NCBI GenBank assembly: GCA_041691135.1
Contig: JBEPVF010000002.1
Coordinates: 32,001-96,000 of the forward strand
Direction of reading: 5' to 3'
DNA length: 64,000 nt
Source: Candidatus Peribacteria bacterium
GTDB taxonomy: Bacteria; Patescibacteriota; Gracilibacteria; Peribacterales; Peribacteraceae
Shown piece by piece: positions 56,136 to 64,000 of the stretch. A program made the translations under genes and the position numbers. The stretch's first letter is position 1. Each line of letters opens with the position of its first letter. The notes beneath the pieces were generated by a model. That model was not told the DNA's origin. It ran no database searches and saw only the letters and a program-made list of their open reading frames with translations.

Positions 56136-57557
56136 TTACTTCTTCAAACTAACCGTATAGAGCTCCTTTTTCACACTCGGTGATAACAGCGAATCACGCG
56201 ACACGGCGACCACGTATGTACCAGACGGATACACATACGACTGATTGCAACTGGGCTCGGTGAAGCCGAACAGATCCACATTGTCGAGCGGGTAAATGGT
56301 ACACCCCAAGGTGTCCGTGCTCACAAGCTGCAGCGTCATCGTTTGTCCAGTCGTGCCGGCGCTCGACACATTGAACTTGTAGTAGTTCTGCAAGTTGCCG
56401 GCTTCCAAGCCTTCGGTGCGCACTTTCACCGTATCAAGACTCACCGCCTGCGAAAAACCATCGTTGCCATCTCCTTTGCCTGTCTTCACGACGACGTTGA
56501 ACTTCGCACCGGCCGTACTCGGCTGCAACTGCAACTGATACTTTCCCGCCGTCAACGTGGTGAGGAAGGCGCAATTGCCCTGATTCATGTAAGCCGAGTA
56601 ATACTCGACGGAAAAACCGGTATCTTCCAAGCGGTACAACCGACACGTGAGCGACACCGCCGTTCCCGGCACGAACGTGACGGCCACATCGAGCGTCGTC
56701 ATTTGCTGCAGATTGAACTGGTACGAAAGGGACTTCTTCGCGTCGAATGTCTGCGCATCAGTGAAGGGAACGGAGACGCTGAGGATCTGCGCCGGCGTCG
56801 ATGAGACACTGCCATTGGTGCCTAACGCACGCGATGAGGATGAATTCGCTGCGGAAGCATTTGCCGCCGCGGAGCTGGCTGCGGCTACAATGGCGGCCGA
56901 ACTCTGGCTTTCCTGTTGCTGCAGTTGCTCTTTCAGACGAACACGCAGGGCGCTGTTGATGTAGGCCGCCGCTTCGCCACGACTGAGCGGCGTATTGGGA
57001 TTGAAGCTCTTCCCGATTTCGCCTCCCGCCGGCAGCACTGTCTTTTGATACGCGGCGTTTACGTAGTTATAAAACCAATCGGTCGCCTTCACGTCATCGA
57101 ACATGGGCGGAAGATAATCTTTGACGCCGGCCAATGTCATATCAAACTCGAAGATTTTCAGGATCATCTTAAGCGCCTGTGCGCGCGTGACCGGCATGTC
57201 GGGCCCGAAATTACCGTCGCCGATACCTTGCACGTAGTTCATGTTGAGCGCGGCACAAATGAATCGCTCGGCCCAGTGTCCGGCTACAACATCCTTGGCA
57301 CACTGACGCTCGGGTTCGGGCGGCTCAAAATTTATCGCCTTGTAGATCATTTTGATCATCGCCGCGCGACTTACCGGATAGCTGGGACGGAACGTGCCAT
57401 CCGGATATCCTACGATCACGCCCTTGTCCGCCAGTGATTCCACCGCATCCCGATAGAGGTAATCCGAGGGAACATCGGAAAAGGTCTTCGCGTGAGCGGT
57501 TGTGACTGATAGCAGCAGGAAGAACGGAACAAATGGAAAGACACGAAAGAGGCGCAT
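56136..57557 (-). CDS. S-layer homology (3x SLH) surface protein with Ser/Ala linker and beta-rich C-terminal domains
   Basis: FSDV, GYPDGTFRP...VSRA, FGPDMPVTRAQ, FNPNTPLSRGE. Confidence 0.9.
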   Translation of the reverse strand: MRLFRVFPFVPFFLLLSVTTAHAKTFSDVPSDYLYRDAVESLADKGVIVGYPDGTFRPSYPVSRAAMIKMIYKAINFEPPEPERQCAKDVVAGHWAERFICAALNMNYVQGIGDGNFGPDMPVTRAQALKMILKIFEFDMTLAGVKDYLPPMFDDVKATDWFYNYVNAAYQKTVLPAGGEIGKSFNPNTPLSRGEAAAYINSALRVRLKEQLQQQESQSSAAIVAAASSAAANASAANSSSSRALGTNGSVSSTPAQILSVSVPFTDAQTFDAKKSLSYQFNLQQMTTLDVAVTFVPGTAVSLTCRLYRLEDTGFSVEYYSAYMNQGNCAFLTTLTAGKYQLQLQPSTAGAKFNVVVKTGKGDGNDGFSQAVSLDTVKVRTEGLEAGNLQNYYKFNVSSAGTTGQTMTLQLVSTDTLGCTIYPLDNVDLFGFTEPSCNQSYVYPSGTYVVAVSRDSLLSPSVKKELYTVSLKK

Positions 57558-57604
57558 ACGTACGAGTGGGTGAAGCAGTTTTGATCGTACGTTGAACACT
57601 TTCG

Positions 57605-58090
57605 TTATTCAATTCCCGGCTGCATGATCGCCTTGAGCACTTGCAGCGATTGTAGTACTGCATACGCCGCTTCCACTCCTTTATTATTTTCACCTATGGA
57701 GCGTGTCCGCGCGTCCTTCAAATCATTGACGTACAGGACTTCGAAGGCGAACGGGAGGATATATTTCATCTGCACATCCATCATGGCCGCCGTCACATTT
57801 TCTGCGAGCAATCGGGCGTGCTGCGTCTGTCCTTCCACAATAATCCCCAGTCCGATCAGCCCATCCACCTGCCCGGACTGTGCCAGAGCAGCTCCGATGA
57901 GAGGAATTTCAAAAGAGCCGGGTACCCGGTGAATCATGATGTGTTCATCAGGGATACCTGCCGACGTGAGGGTTTTGATAGCCCCTTCGACCAGCCCATC
58001 GATCTCCTCCTTATAAAAAGAAGACGCGACGATACCAATGCGCCAATCGGGATTCGCTTGGAGTGCCGGTGGAGTGAGGCTGCGTTCCAT
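57605..58090 (-). CDS. ribH: 6,7-dimethyl-8-ribityllumazine synthase
   Basis: VPGSFEIP, LGIIVEGQT.H, NKGVEAA. Confidence 0.93.
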   Translation of the reverse strand: MERSLTPPALQANPDWRIGIVASSFYKEEIDGLVEGAIKTLTSAGIPDEHIMIHRVPGSFEIPLIGAALAQSGQVDGLIGLGIIVEGQTQHARLLAENVTAAMMDVQMKYILPFAFEVLYVNDLKDARTRSIGENNKGVEAAYAVLQSLQVLKAIMQPGIE

Positions 58091-58094
58091 TGAT

Positions 58095-58673
58095 TTACCT
58101 ATGCGCGAGAAGAGCAGCAGTATACCGACCAAGCACGTCAGTCTCAATGTTCACGTGGTCCTGCGGCTTTACGTTGCCGAGCGTCGTGTGCTGCAGCGTA
58201 TGGGGAATCAGAGCAATGGAAAGATGTGCCCCGTTGATGGATGCCACGGTGAGCGACACGCCATCGATGGCGATCGATCCTTTGGGAATGATAGGCGACG
58301 AAAGATCATTCGGCAGCGTCAGATACAGCATGGCTCCGGTTTCTGCTGTGTCCAAACGATCAACGGTTGCCACACCTTCTATATGTCCCTGCACGCTATG
58401 CCCTTCGAAACGGCCGTTCGCGGCCAGCGACCGTTCCAGATTCACCAGGTCACCCACCTGGAGATCGCCAAGCTTCGTCCGAGCCCATGTTTCGGCTACC
58501 ACATCGAATGAAAGCGAATCATGATCAAATTTTGTGATCGATAAACAAGCGCCTGAGACAGAGATACTATTCCCCTCCTTTATATCATCAAAAAATGACG
58601 GACGTTCCACCACCAAACCGCTGGCCGTTTTTTGCCTCACTTTCGCCGTTGCTTCAATGATTCCGGTGAACAT
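58095..58673 (-). CDS. ribE: Riboflavin synthase
   Basis: MFTGII, VNLERS, GH.VQGH, KGSIAIDGVSLT, VNIETD. Confidence 0.97.
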   Translation of the reverse strand: MFTGIIEATAKVRQKTASGLVVERPSFFDDIKEGNSISVSGACLSITKFDHDSLSFDVVAETWARTKLGDLQVGDLVNLERSLAANGRFEGHSVQGHIEGVATVDRLDTAETGAMLYLTLPNDLSSPIIPKGSIAIDGVSLTVASINGAHLSIALIPHTLQHTTLGNVKPQDHVNIETDVLGRYTAALLAHR

Positions 58674-58731
58674 GCTCTGATGCTACAAGTCGGAATTGAA
58701 GAAAGAAAGGATGGAAGCCCTTAAACAAAAA

Positions 58732-58773
58732 TTCCCCGAATCTCCTGATTCCTCTGAATCACTTGAATCTTCC
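58732..58773. repeat. Single arm of 9-bp tandem units
   Basis: TTCCCCGAA TCTCCTGAT TCCTCTGAA TCACTTGAA TCTTCC. Confidence 0.55.
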
Positions 58774-58935
58774 AGTAACTGACATCTCCCTCTTACTTTC
58801 TTCGCCAGAATCAACGAAATATCTGTCCTCTACCCTAGACAAAACTCAATTTTCTCTGTAAACTTCGGCCTCTAGGAGGCCTTCGCGCGAGCGCGGAGCA
58901 TTTTTTGTATGCCTCTTTTTCCTTTCTCCAATCGT

Positions 58936-61866
58936 ATGGACCGTATCATCGTCAAAGGTGCGCGCATGCACAACTTGAAAAACATCGATGTCAGCATTCC
59001 GCGCAATAAACTCACCGTCATAACCGGACTTTCGGGTTCCGGAAAATCGACGCTCGCATTCGATACCATTTTCGCCGAAGGCCAGCGACGCTACGTCGAG
59101 AGCTTATCGGCATACGCACGCCAGTTCATCGCTCAAATGGAGAAGCCCGAAGTGGATTCGATCGAAGGGCTGAGCCCCGCCATTTCGATCGACCAGAAAA
59201 CGGCGCCGCGCAATCCGCGTTCGACCGTGGGAACGGTAACTGAAATCTACGACTATATGCGTCTGCTGTGGGCCAAAGTCGGCAAAGTGCACTGCACCGT
59301 CTGCGGCCGCATCCTCAGTCAGCAATCAGCGAGTCAGATCGTCGACACGATCACCAAAATGACGGACGGGAAGAAAGTTTTTCTCCTGGCACCGGTTGTG
59401 CAGGGCCGCAAGGGCGAGCACGTGAAGATCATCGACTCCATCCGACGCGAAGGTTTCGTACGCATGCGCGTCGACAACCAGATCGTGACGATTGACGAGG
59501 AAGTGAAACTGGATCCCAAAGTGGCGCACACGATCGAGATCGTCGTTGACCGTCTGATCATTCGCGACCTGGAGACGAAAGAGGGCGAGGTAAATCCGAA
59601 CCGCACGCGTCTGGCTGACTCGGTGGAGTTGGCACTGAAGCGCGGCGAAGGATCGCTGATCGTTCTGGATGCTGATACCGACGAGGAGTCGCGCTACTCG
59701 GAATCATTCGTCTGTCCGGACCACCCTAACGAAGACATACCGCAAATCGAACCGCGCAGTTTTTCGTTCAACTCGCCGCATGGCGCATGCGAAAATTGCC
59801 ATGGTATCGGCTCCATTCTGCGCGTGGACGAGACTGCGGTTGTGCCGAATCCGCGACTGTCGCTGGCCGAGGGTGCACTGCATCCATGGGCTACGTCAGC
59901 CAGTCGTATGGGCTATATGACGCAGATGCTGGAAGGACTGGCAGCGGAAATCGGCTTCGATCTGTCGACGCCGTGGAACAAGCTCAAACCTGAACATCAG
60001 CAGACTATCCTGCACGGATACGACAAGCAGATTCACGTCGAAGTGAATACCTACAAATACGGAACGCGCTACGCCACTACGTATGAAGGACTGGTTCCCA
60101 ATTTGGAACGACGACATTCCGAGACGGACAGCAATTACATGCGTCAGCAGATCGAAGAATACATGATGGAGTTGCCCTGCACCGAATGCAACGGCATGCG
60201 CTTGAAGAAAGAAATCCTGGGCGTGACGGTCGGCGACAAGAATATCGTATCGGCAACGGACATGAGCATTGATGAGGCGGAAGAATTTTTTAAGATACTC
60301 ATCCCGGATGTCGGTCCCTCCAACGAAGCCGCCGGCAAAAAAAAGAAGGGCTCCGCAGCCGCGGCGCACGCGTTATCGCTCTCGACGTATGAGTACACGA
60401 TTGTCAAAAAAGTCCTGCAGGAGATCATCGCGCGCCTTACATTTCTGGAGAACGTCGGACTCAAGTATCTAACACTGTCGCGATCGGCCGCCACCTTATC
60501 CGGCGGCGAGGCGCAGCGCATCCGACTGGCGACACAAATCGGTTCGGCCTTGCAGGGCGTGTTATACGTCCTCGACGAACCATCCATCGGCCTGCACCAG
60601 CGCGATAATTCGCGTCTGATTCGCACCATGACCCAGCTGCGCGATTTGGGAAATACGGTAATCGTCGTGGAACACGACGAAGAAACGATCGAAGCAGCGG
60701 ATTATCTGCTCGAAATCGGTCCCGGCGCCGGCAAGTACGGCGGACAGGTGATCGCACAGGGGACGCCCGATGAACTGATCGCAATGGAGAACTCGGTGAC
60801 GGGACAGTATTTGAGCGGCAAGAAGTTCATCGAAGTCCCGACGAAGCGTCGCAAGGGAAACGGGAACTTCATTCGCATTGAGGATGCCCATCATCACAAC
60901 CTGCAACACGTGAACGTCGAATTTCCGCTCGGCACTTTCACCGGTATTTCGGGCGTGTCGGGATCCGGCAAATCGAGTCTGATCCACGGCATTCTGGCAC
61001 CGGAACTCCTGCGTGTACTCAATAAGGCTCACAGCAAGCCGCAGGATGTCGGATCGATCGAAGGACTCCAGCATCTGGATAAAGCGATTGTGATCGACCA
61101 ATCTCCCATCGGCCGCACACCGCGAAGCAATCCGGCCACCTATACCGGCATCTTCACCGATGTGCGCGACATGTACGCCGCGACGCCCGAAGCGAAGTTG
61201 CGCGGTTACAAGCCGGGACGGTTCAGCTTTAACGTGAAGGGCGGCCGCTGCGAAGAGTGTGAAGGCGACGGACTCAAGCGCATCGAAATGCACTTCCTCC
61301 CCGACGTGTTCGTCACGTGCGAAAAATGCCATGGCAAACGGTATAACCGCGAAACACTGGAAATCACCTACAAAGGCAAGAACATCGCCGAAGCGCTGGA
61401 TATGACGATCAGCGAGGGGCTTAATTTCTTCTCGGCCATTCCGTCCATCAGGAGCAAATTGCAGACACTCGAAGACGTCGGTCTCGGCTACATTCACTTG
61501 GGACAGAGTGCCACCACGCTCTCCGGCGGCGAAGCGCAGCGCGTGAAGCTGGCGACCGAACTTACCAAGCGTGCCACCGGCAAAACGTTCTACATTCTGG
61601 ATGAACCGACAACCGGCCTGCACTTCGACGACATCAGCAAACTGCTGGAGGTGCTGCAACGTCTGGTGGACAAGGGCAACACCGTCCTGGTGATCGAGCA
61701 CAACCTCGACGTGCTCAAATGTGTCGACCACGTCATTGACATCGGCCCGGACGGCGGACACGGCGGCGGCCTCGTTGTCGCCACCGGCACGCCGGAAGAA
61801 GTGGCAGAGGTGGAGGCAAGTTACACGGGGCAGTATTTGAAAAAAGTATTAGCCAAAAAAAGGTGA
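58936..61866 (+). CDS. uvrA: Excinuclease ABC subunit A
   Basis: GLSGSGKS and GVSGSGKS Walker A motifs, two LSGGEAQR, Zn fingers. Confidence 0.99.
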   Translation: MDRIIVKGARMHNLKNIDVSIPRNKLTVITGLSGSGKSTLAFDTIFAEGQRRYVESLSAYARQFIAQMEKPEVDSIEGLSPAISIDQKTAPRNPRSTVGTVTEIYDYMRLLWAKVGKVHCTVCGRILSQQSASQIVDTITKMTDGKKVFLLAPVVQGRKGEHVKIIDSIRREGFVRMRVDNQIVTIDEEVKLDPKVAHTIEIVVDRLIIRDLETKEGEVNPNRTRLADSVELALKRGEGSLIVLDADTDEESRYSESFVCPDHPNEDIPQIEPRSFSFNSPHGACENCHGIGSILRVDETAVVPNPRLSLAEGALHPWATSASRMGYMTQMLEGLAAEIGFDLSTPWNKLKPEHQQTILHGYDKQIHVEVNTYKYGTRYATTYEGLVPNLERRHSETDSNYMRQQIEEYMMELPCTECNGMRLKKEILGVTVGDKNIVSATDMSIDEAEEFFKILIPDVGPSNEAAGKKKKGSAAAAHALSLSTYEYTIVKKVLQEIIARLTFLENVGLKYLTLSRSAATLSGGEAQRIRLATQIGSALQGVLYVLDEPSIGLHQRDNSRLIRTMTQLRDLGNTVIVVEHDEETIEAADYLLEIGPGAGKYGGQVIAQGTPDELIAMENSVTGQYLSGKKFIEVPTKRRKGNGNFIRIEDAHHHNLQHVNVEFPLGTFTGISGVSGSGKSSLIHGILAPELLRVLNKAHSKPQDVGSIEGLQHLDKAIVIDQSPIGRTPRSNPATYTGIFTDVRDMYAATPEAKLRGYKPGRFSFNVKGGRCEECEGDGLKRIEMHFLPDVFVTCEKCHGKRYNRETLEITYKGKNIAEALDMTISEGLNFFSAIPSIRSKLQTLEDVGLGYIHLGQSATTLSGGEAQRVKLATELTKRATGKTFYILDEPTTGLHFDDISKLLEVLQRLVDKGNTVLVIEHNLDVLKCVDHVIDIGPDGGHGGGLVVATGTPEEVAEVEASYTGQYLKKVLAKKR

Positions 61867-61988
61867 CCGAAGTGACCGAAGAAACAGAGGTGGCAGAGGA
61901 CGAAAGAGTGTGAGGAGTACTTCTCTGCAATCTTCTACATCTCTATCCTCTGTCACATCGGTAACTCCTGCCACCTCGGTCGCCTCAC
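61861..61988. repeat. Gene-less 9-bp-unit inverted-repeat element overlapping the uvrA stop
   Basis: AGGTGACC GAAGTGACC GAAGAAACA GAGGTGGCA GAGG ... GAGGAGTACTTCTC ... TGCCACCTCGGTCGCCTC. Confidence 0.82.
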
Positions 61989-61990
61989 CT

Positions 61991-62473
61991 ATGATTCGTC
62001 ACTTCACTGCCACCGCCTTCGTCATCGATTCACATAAACGCTGTCTGCTGCTGTGGCATAAGCGGCTGCAGCGCTGGATGCCGCCCGGCGGCCATGTAGA
62101 TGAGAATGAATTGCCGGAAGACTGCGCCAAACGCGAGTGCAAAGAAGAGACCGGGCTCGATGTGGAAATTATCGGCGATGTGCAGGATGATTTATTTGTC
62201 GAGAACAAACACGAGGGACACATGCTCAAGAAACCCATCGCATTACTGCTCGAAAATATTCCAGCCAGCGAAGAACGTGGCGAGCCGGCGCATGAGCATA
62301 TGGATTTTCTGTATCGGGCACGGCTGGTAGACGAAACACAGGCATTGATACTCGACGAAAATGAGGGAAGTGCCTTGCGCTGGTTTACACTTTCGGAGAT
62401 TCAAGTTTTGAAGGAAGACACTGAAATATTCAGCAACGTGAAACGATACATACAAACTCTGCTCTCGGCGTAG
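61991..62473 (+). CDS. NUDIX hydrolase
   Basis: RHFTA, PGGHVDENE.P...AKRECKEETG. Confidence 0.93.
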   Translation: MIRHFTATAFVIDSHKRCLLLWHKRLQRWMPPGGHVDENELPEDCAKRECKEETGLDVEIIGDVQDDLFVENKHEGHMLKKPIALLLENIPASEERGEPAHEHMDFLYRARLVDETQALILDENEGSALRWFTLSEIQVLKEDTEIFSNVKRYIQTLLSA

Positions 62474-62481
62474 ATTTCTTT

Positions 62482-63714
62482 TTACCTGAATGGATATTGT
62501 TCGATTCTTTCTTTTACATATCTGACAAGATCTTTACCGCGTTTTTCCATGTCATCTCCTTCACGTACAGCCCACCCTATCGCCATCTCGACATCAGTAT
62601 CAGTCATTCCTCCAGCATAGATTAAATTACTGATTTGACGGCTTTCTGCTATAAGTTCTGCATTTCCAGCATACACTTCCGGCGGCTCATGAGGTTTGTT
62701 TCGAAGGCCATTGAGAGGCTCCATTGGATCGCCAGTCACAATAACCGGAATACCCGCGGTCTCCAGTGTGACACACGCTTGCTTGAGATGTTCTAGGTCT
62801 TCATCATTGGTTCGTAAGTTTCCCGCGCCAGGCGCATTTAAAATCAGCGCATTTAACCTGTCGTGCCTTGGTTTATTCAACTCGTAATTCGCGCGTGAAA
62901 CTAAAGCCCTGTATGAAAGGGAAGGACTGGCCTTCAACGTCTCGAGGTTATCCTCTAGTTTAAACTCACGTGACGGGTCGCCAATCGGGAAGTCATAAGG
63001 CTGCTCCTCACGGAATTCAAAATTTGCACTATCTCGCGGTACCTTTGCAATTCGTTTGGCTCTCGAAATGAATGCGTCTTCTCCACTGCGTTCTATTTTT
63101 CTTAGACCCAACGCAGCAAAAAAACTGCTACCACAGACCATTCCAATTCTCTCTCGCGTTTTCTCTCTCATGGAAGCGTATAACAAAGCGAATTCCATTG
63201 ATGTAACAGCATCTGAATCTTCTGCGTCCAAATCCTTGTGTGACGATGTGAGAATATGAGTGGCCGGCGTGCGTGGAATAGCCTGGTGCGCCGACGTAGC
63301 AAGATACGCCATATTGTCTGTCCCAAAGATGCCGATATGGACTTGCCCTTTTCCTGTGGCCTGAAAAGGCGCTAGGGCCGCTTCGGTCCATTCACGTAAA
63401 TATTTGATTTGCTGCATCAACACATGACGTTTCAAGTCGTCACTATCAATGGGAGATTGCACGCTAATTACTCGAACGCGGGCGAGTCGATTTCGTGCCA
63501 CCTCAGGCAAATGTTCCAAGGCACGCTTCACCAGTTCAAGTGTCGTATGCTGCGGTTCAATTACTTGCCTATCGTCACGCTTCTCGCGCCGACCCATCAT
63601 TGTTCCGCCGAATCCAGTCACTGTCACCTCCACGTCACCTATGGGGGACGAGTGTGCTTCTACTTCGGGCGAAAGCATCTTCAGCCGATTGACGGAGCTA
63701 GGCTCTGCAGACAT
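62482..63714 (-). CDS. Divergent asparaginase/glutaminase-family protein
   Basis: GGT, GTDNMAY, SDA, RK....DAF.S, GAGN, IPV motifs in the expected order. Confidence 0.7.
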   Translation of the reverse strand: MSAEPSSVNRLKMLSPEVEAHSSPIGDVEVTVTGFGGTMMGRREKRDDRQVIEPQHTTLELVKRALEHLPEVARNRLARVRVISVQSPIDSDDLKRHVLMQQIKYLREWTEAALAPFQATGKGQVHIGIFGTDNMAYLATSAHQAIPRTPATHILTSSHKDLDAEDSDAVTSMEFALLYASMREKTRERIGMVCGSSFFAALGLRKIERSGEDAFISRAKRIAKVPRDSANFEFREEQPYDFPIGDPSREFKLEDNLETLKASPSLSYRALVSRANYELNKPRHDRLNALILNAPGAGNLRTNDEDLEHLKQACVTLETAGIPVIVTGDPMEPLNGLRNKPHEPPEVYAGNAELIAESRQISNLIYAGGMTDTDVEMAIGWAVREGDDMEKRGKDLVRYVKERIEQYPFR

Positions 63715-63775
63715 GCATTATGTTGCGCGGAATCGAATAATATTAGATAAGATAGATTATGCAACATATCTTTTT

Positions 63776-64000
63776 ATGAAACAAATGAATATACTTGTGG
63801 ATATGAAAGATCGTGTGCATAAAAAAAAGGGTCTCAGTATGACTGAAAAAGCATTCAAAGTAGCTGAAAACGCCCACAAAGGCCAAATGCGGAGTTCAGG
63901 AGAGGCATACATCGAACATCCCAAAGCGGTTGCGGAAATCCTTACTTATCTCCACGCCGATGAACAAACCCTGGCGGCGGCCATTTTGCATGACACGGTT
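63776..64000 (+). CDS. RelA/SpoT-type HD domain protein (5' part, truncated by window end)
   Basis: AF..A..AHKGQMRSSGEAYIEHPKAVA.IL.....D..TLAAAILHDTV. Confidence 0.9.
   Translation, partial: MKQMNILVDMKDRVHKKKGLSMTEKAFKVAENAHKGQMRSSGEAYIEHPKAVAEILTYLHADEQTLAAAILHDTV

Noticed and set aside
58674-58900. FMN riboswitch upstream of ribE
   Set aside because: Conserved RFN motifs are not seen; the region holds only 9-bp repeats and promoter-like sequence
61910-61990. N-terminal extension of the NUDIX ORF (SSVTSVTPATSVAS)
   Set aside because: It is the translation of a 9-bp repeat arm; the real start is more likely ATG 61991

Overview
Chromosomal window of a probable CPR/Patescibacteria genome. 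It looks Peribacteria/Peregrinibacteria-like, inferred from pyrimidine-rich 5' leaders without Shine-Dalgarno (SD) sites, Ser-linker SLH and surface proteins, and genetic code 11. Core genes: an F-type ATP synthase operon in atpD-C-Z-B-E-F-H-A-G order, recQ, uvrA, ribE/ribH/ribBA, an ABC exporter, MarR-HlyD-MFS efflux, tRNA-Gln(CUG) and tRNA-Arg(UCG). The standout accessory locus (25.5-34.4 kb, all minus strand) encodes a STAS protein, two oversized sigma-70 proteins, a double-HTH protein and a SAM methyltransferase. One sigma is a tandem degenerate-plus-intact sigma and the other is fused to an RNAP alpha-CTD-like domain. The methyltransferase shares a ~200-aa N-terminal domain, ending in a sigma-region-2-like segment, with the tandem sigma. 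The sigma cores, the STAS protein and the N-terminus of a neighbouring WD40/M23/RNase polymorphic toxin resemble planctomycete proteins (my recollection, not a search). Other signals: a family of 9-bp-unit inverted-repeat elements at stop codons (one carrying a four-helix-bundle gene), a 264-bp covarying structured repeat in two copies, tRNA-3'-end-like scars delimiting cassettes downstream of tRNA-Gln, a helicase with 75/76-aa tandem repeats, and a Cys/Ser leader-peptide attenuator. All family calls come from motif recognition by eye; no searches were run.
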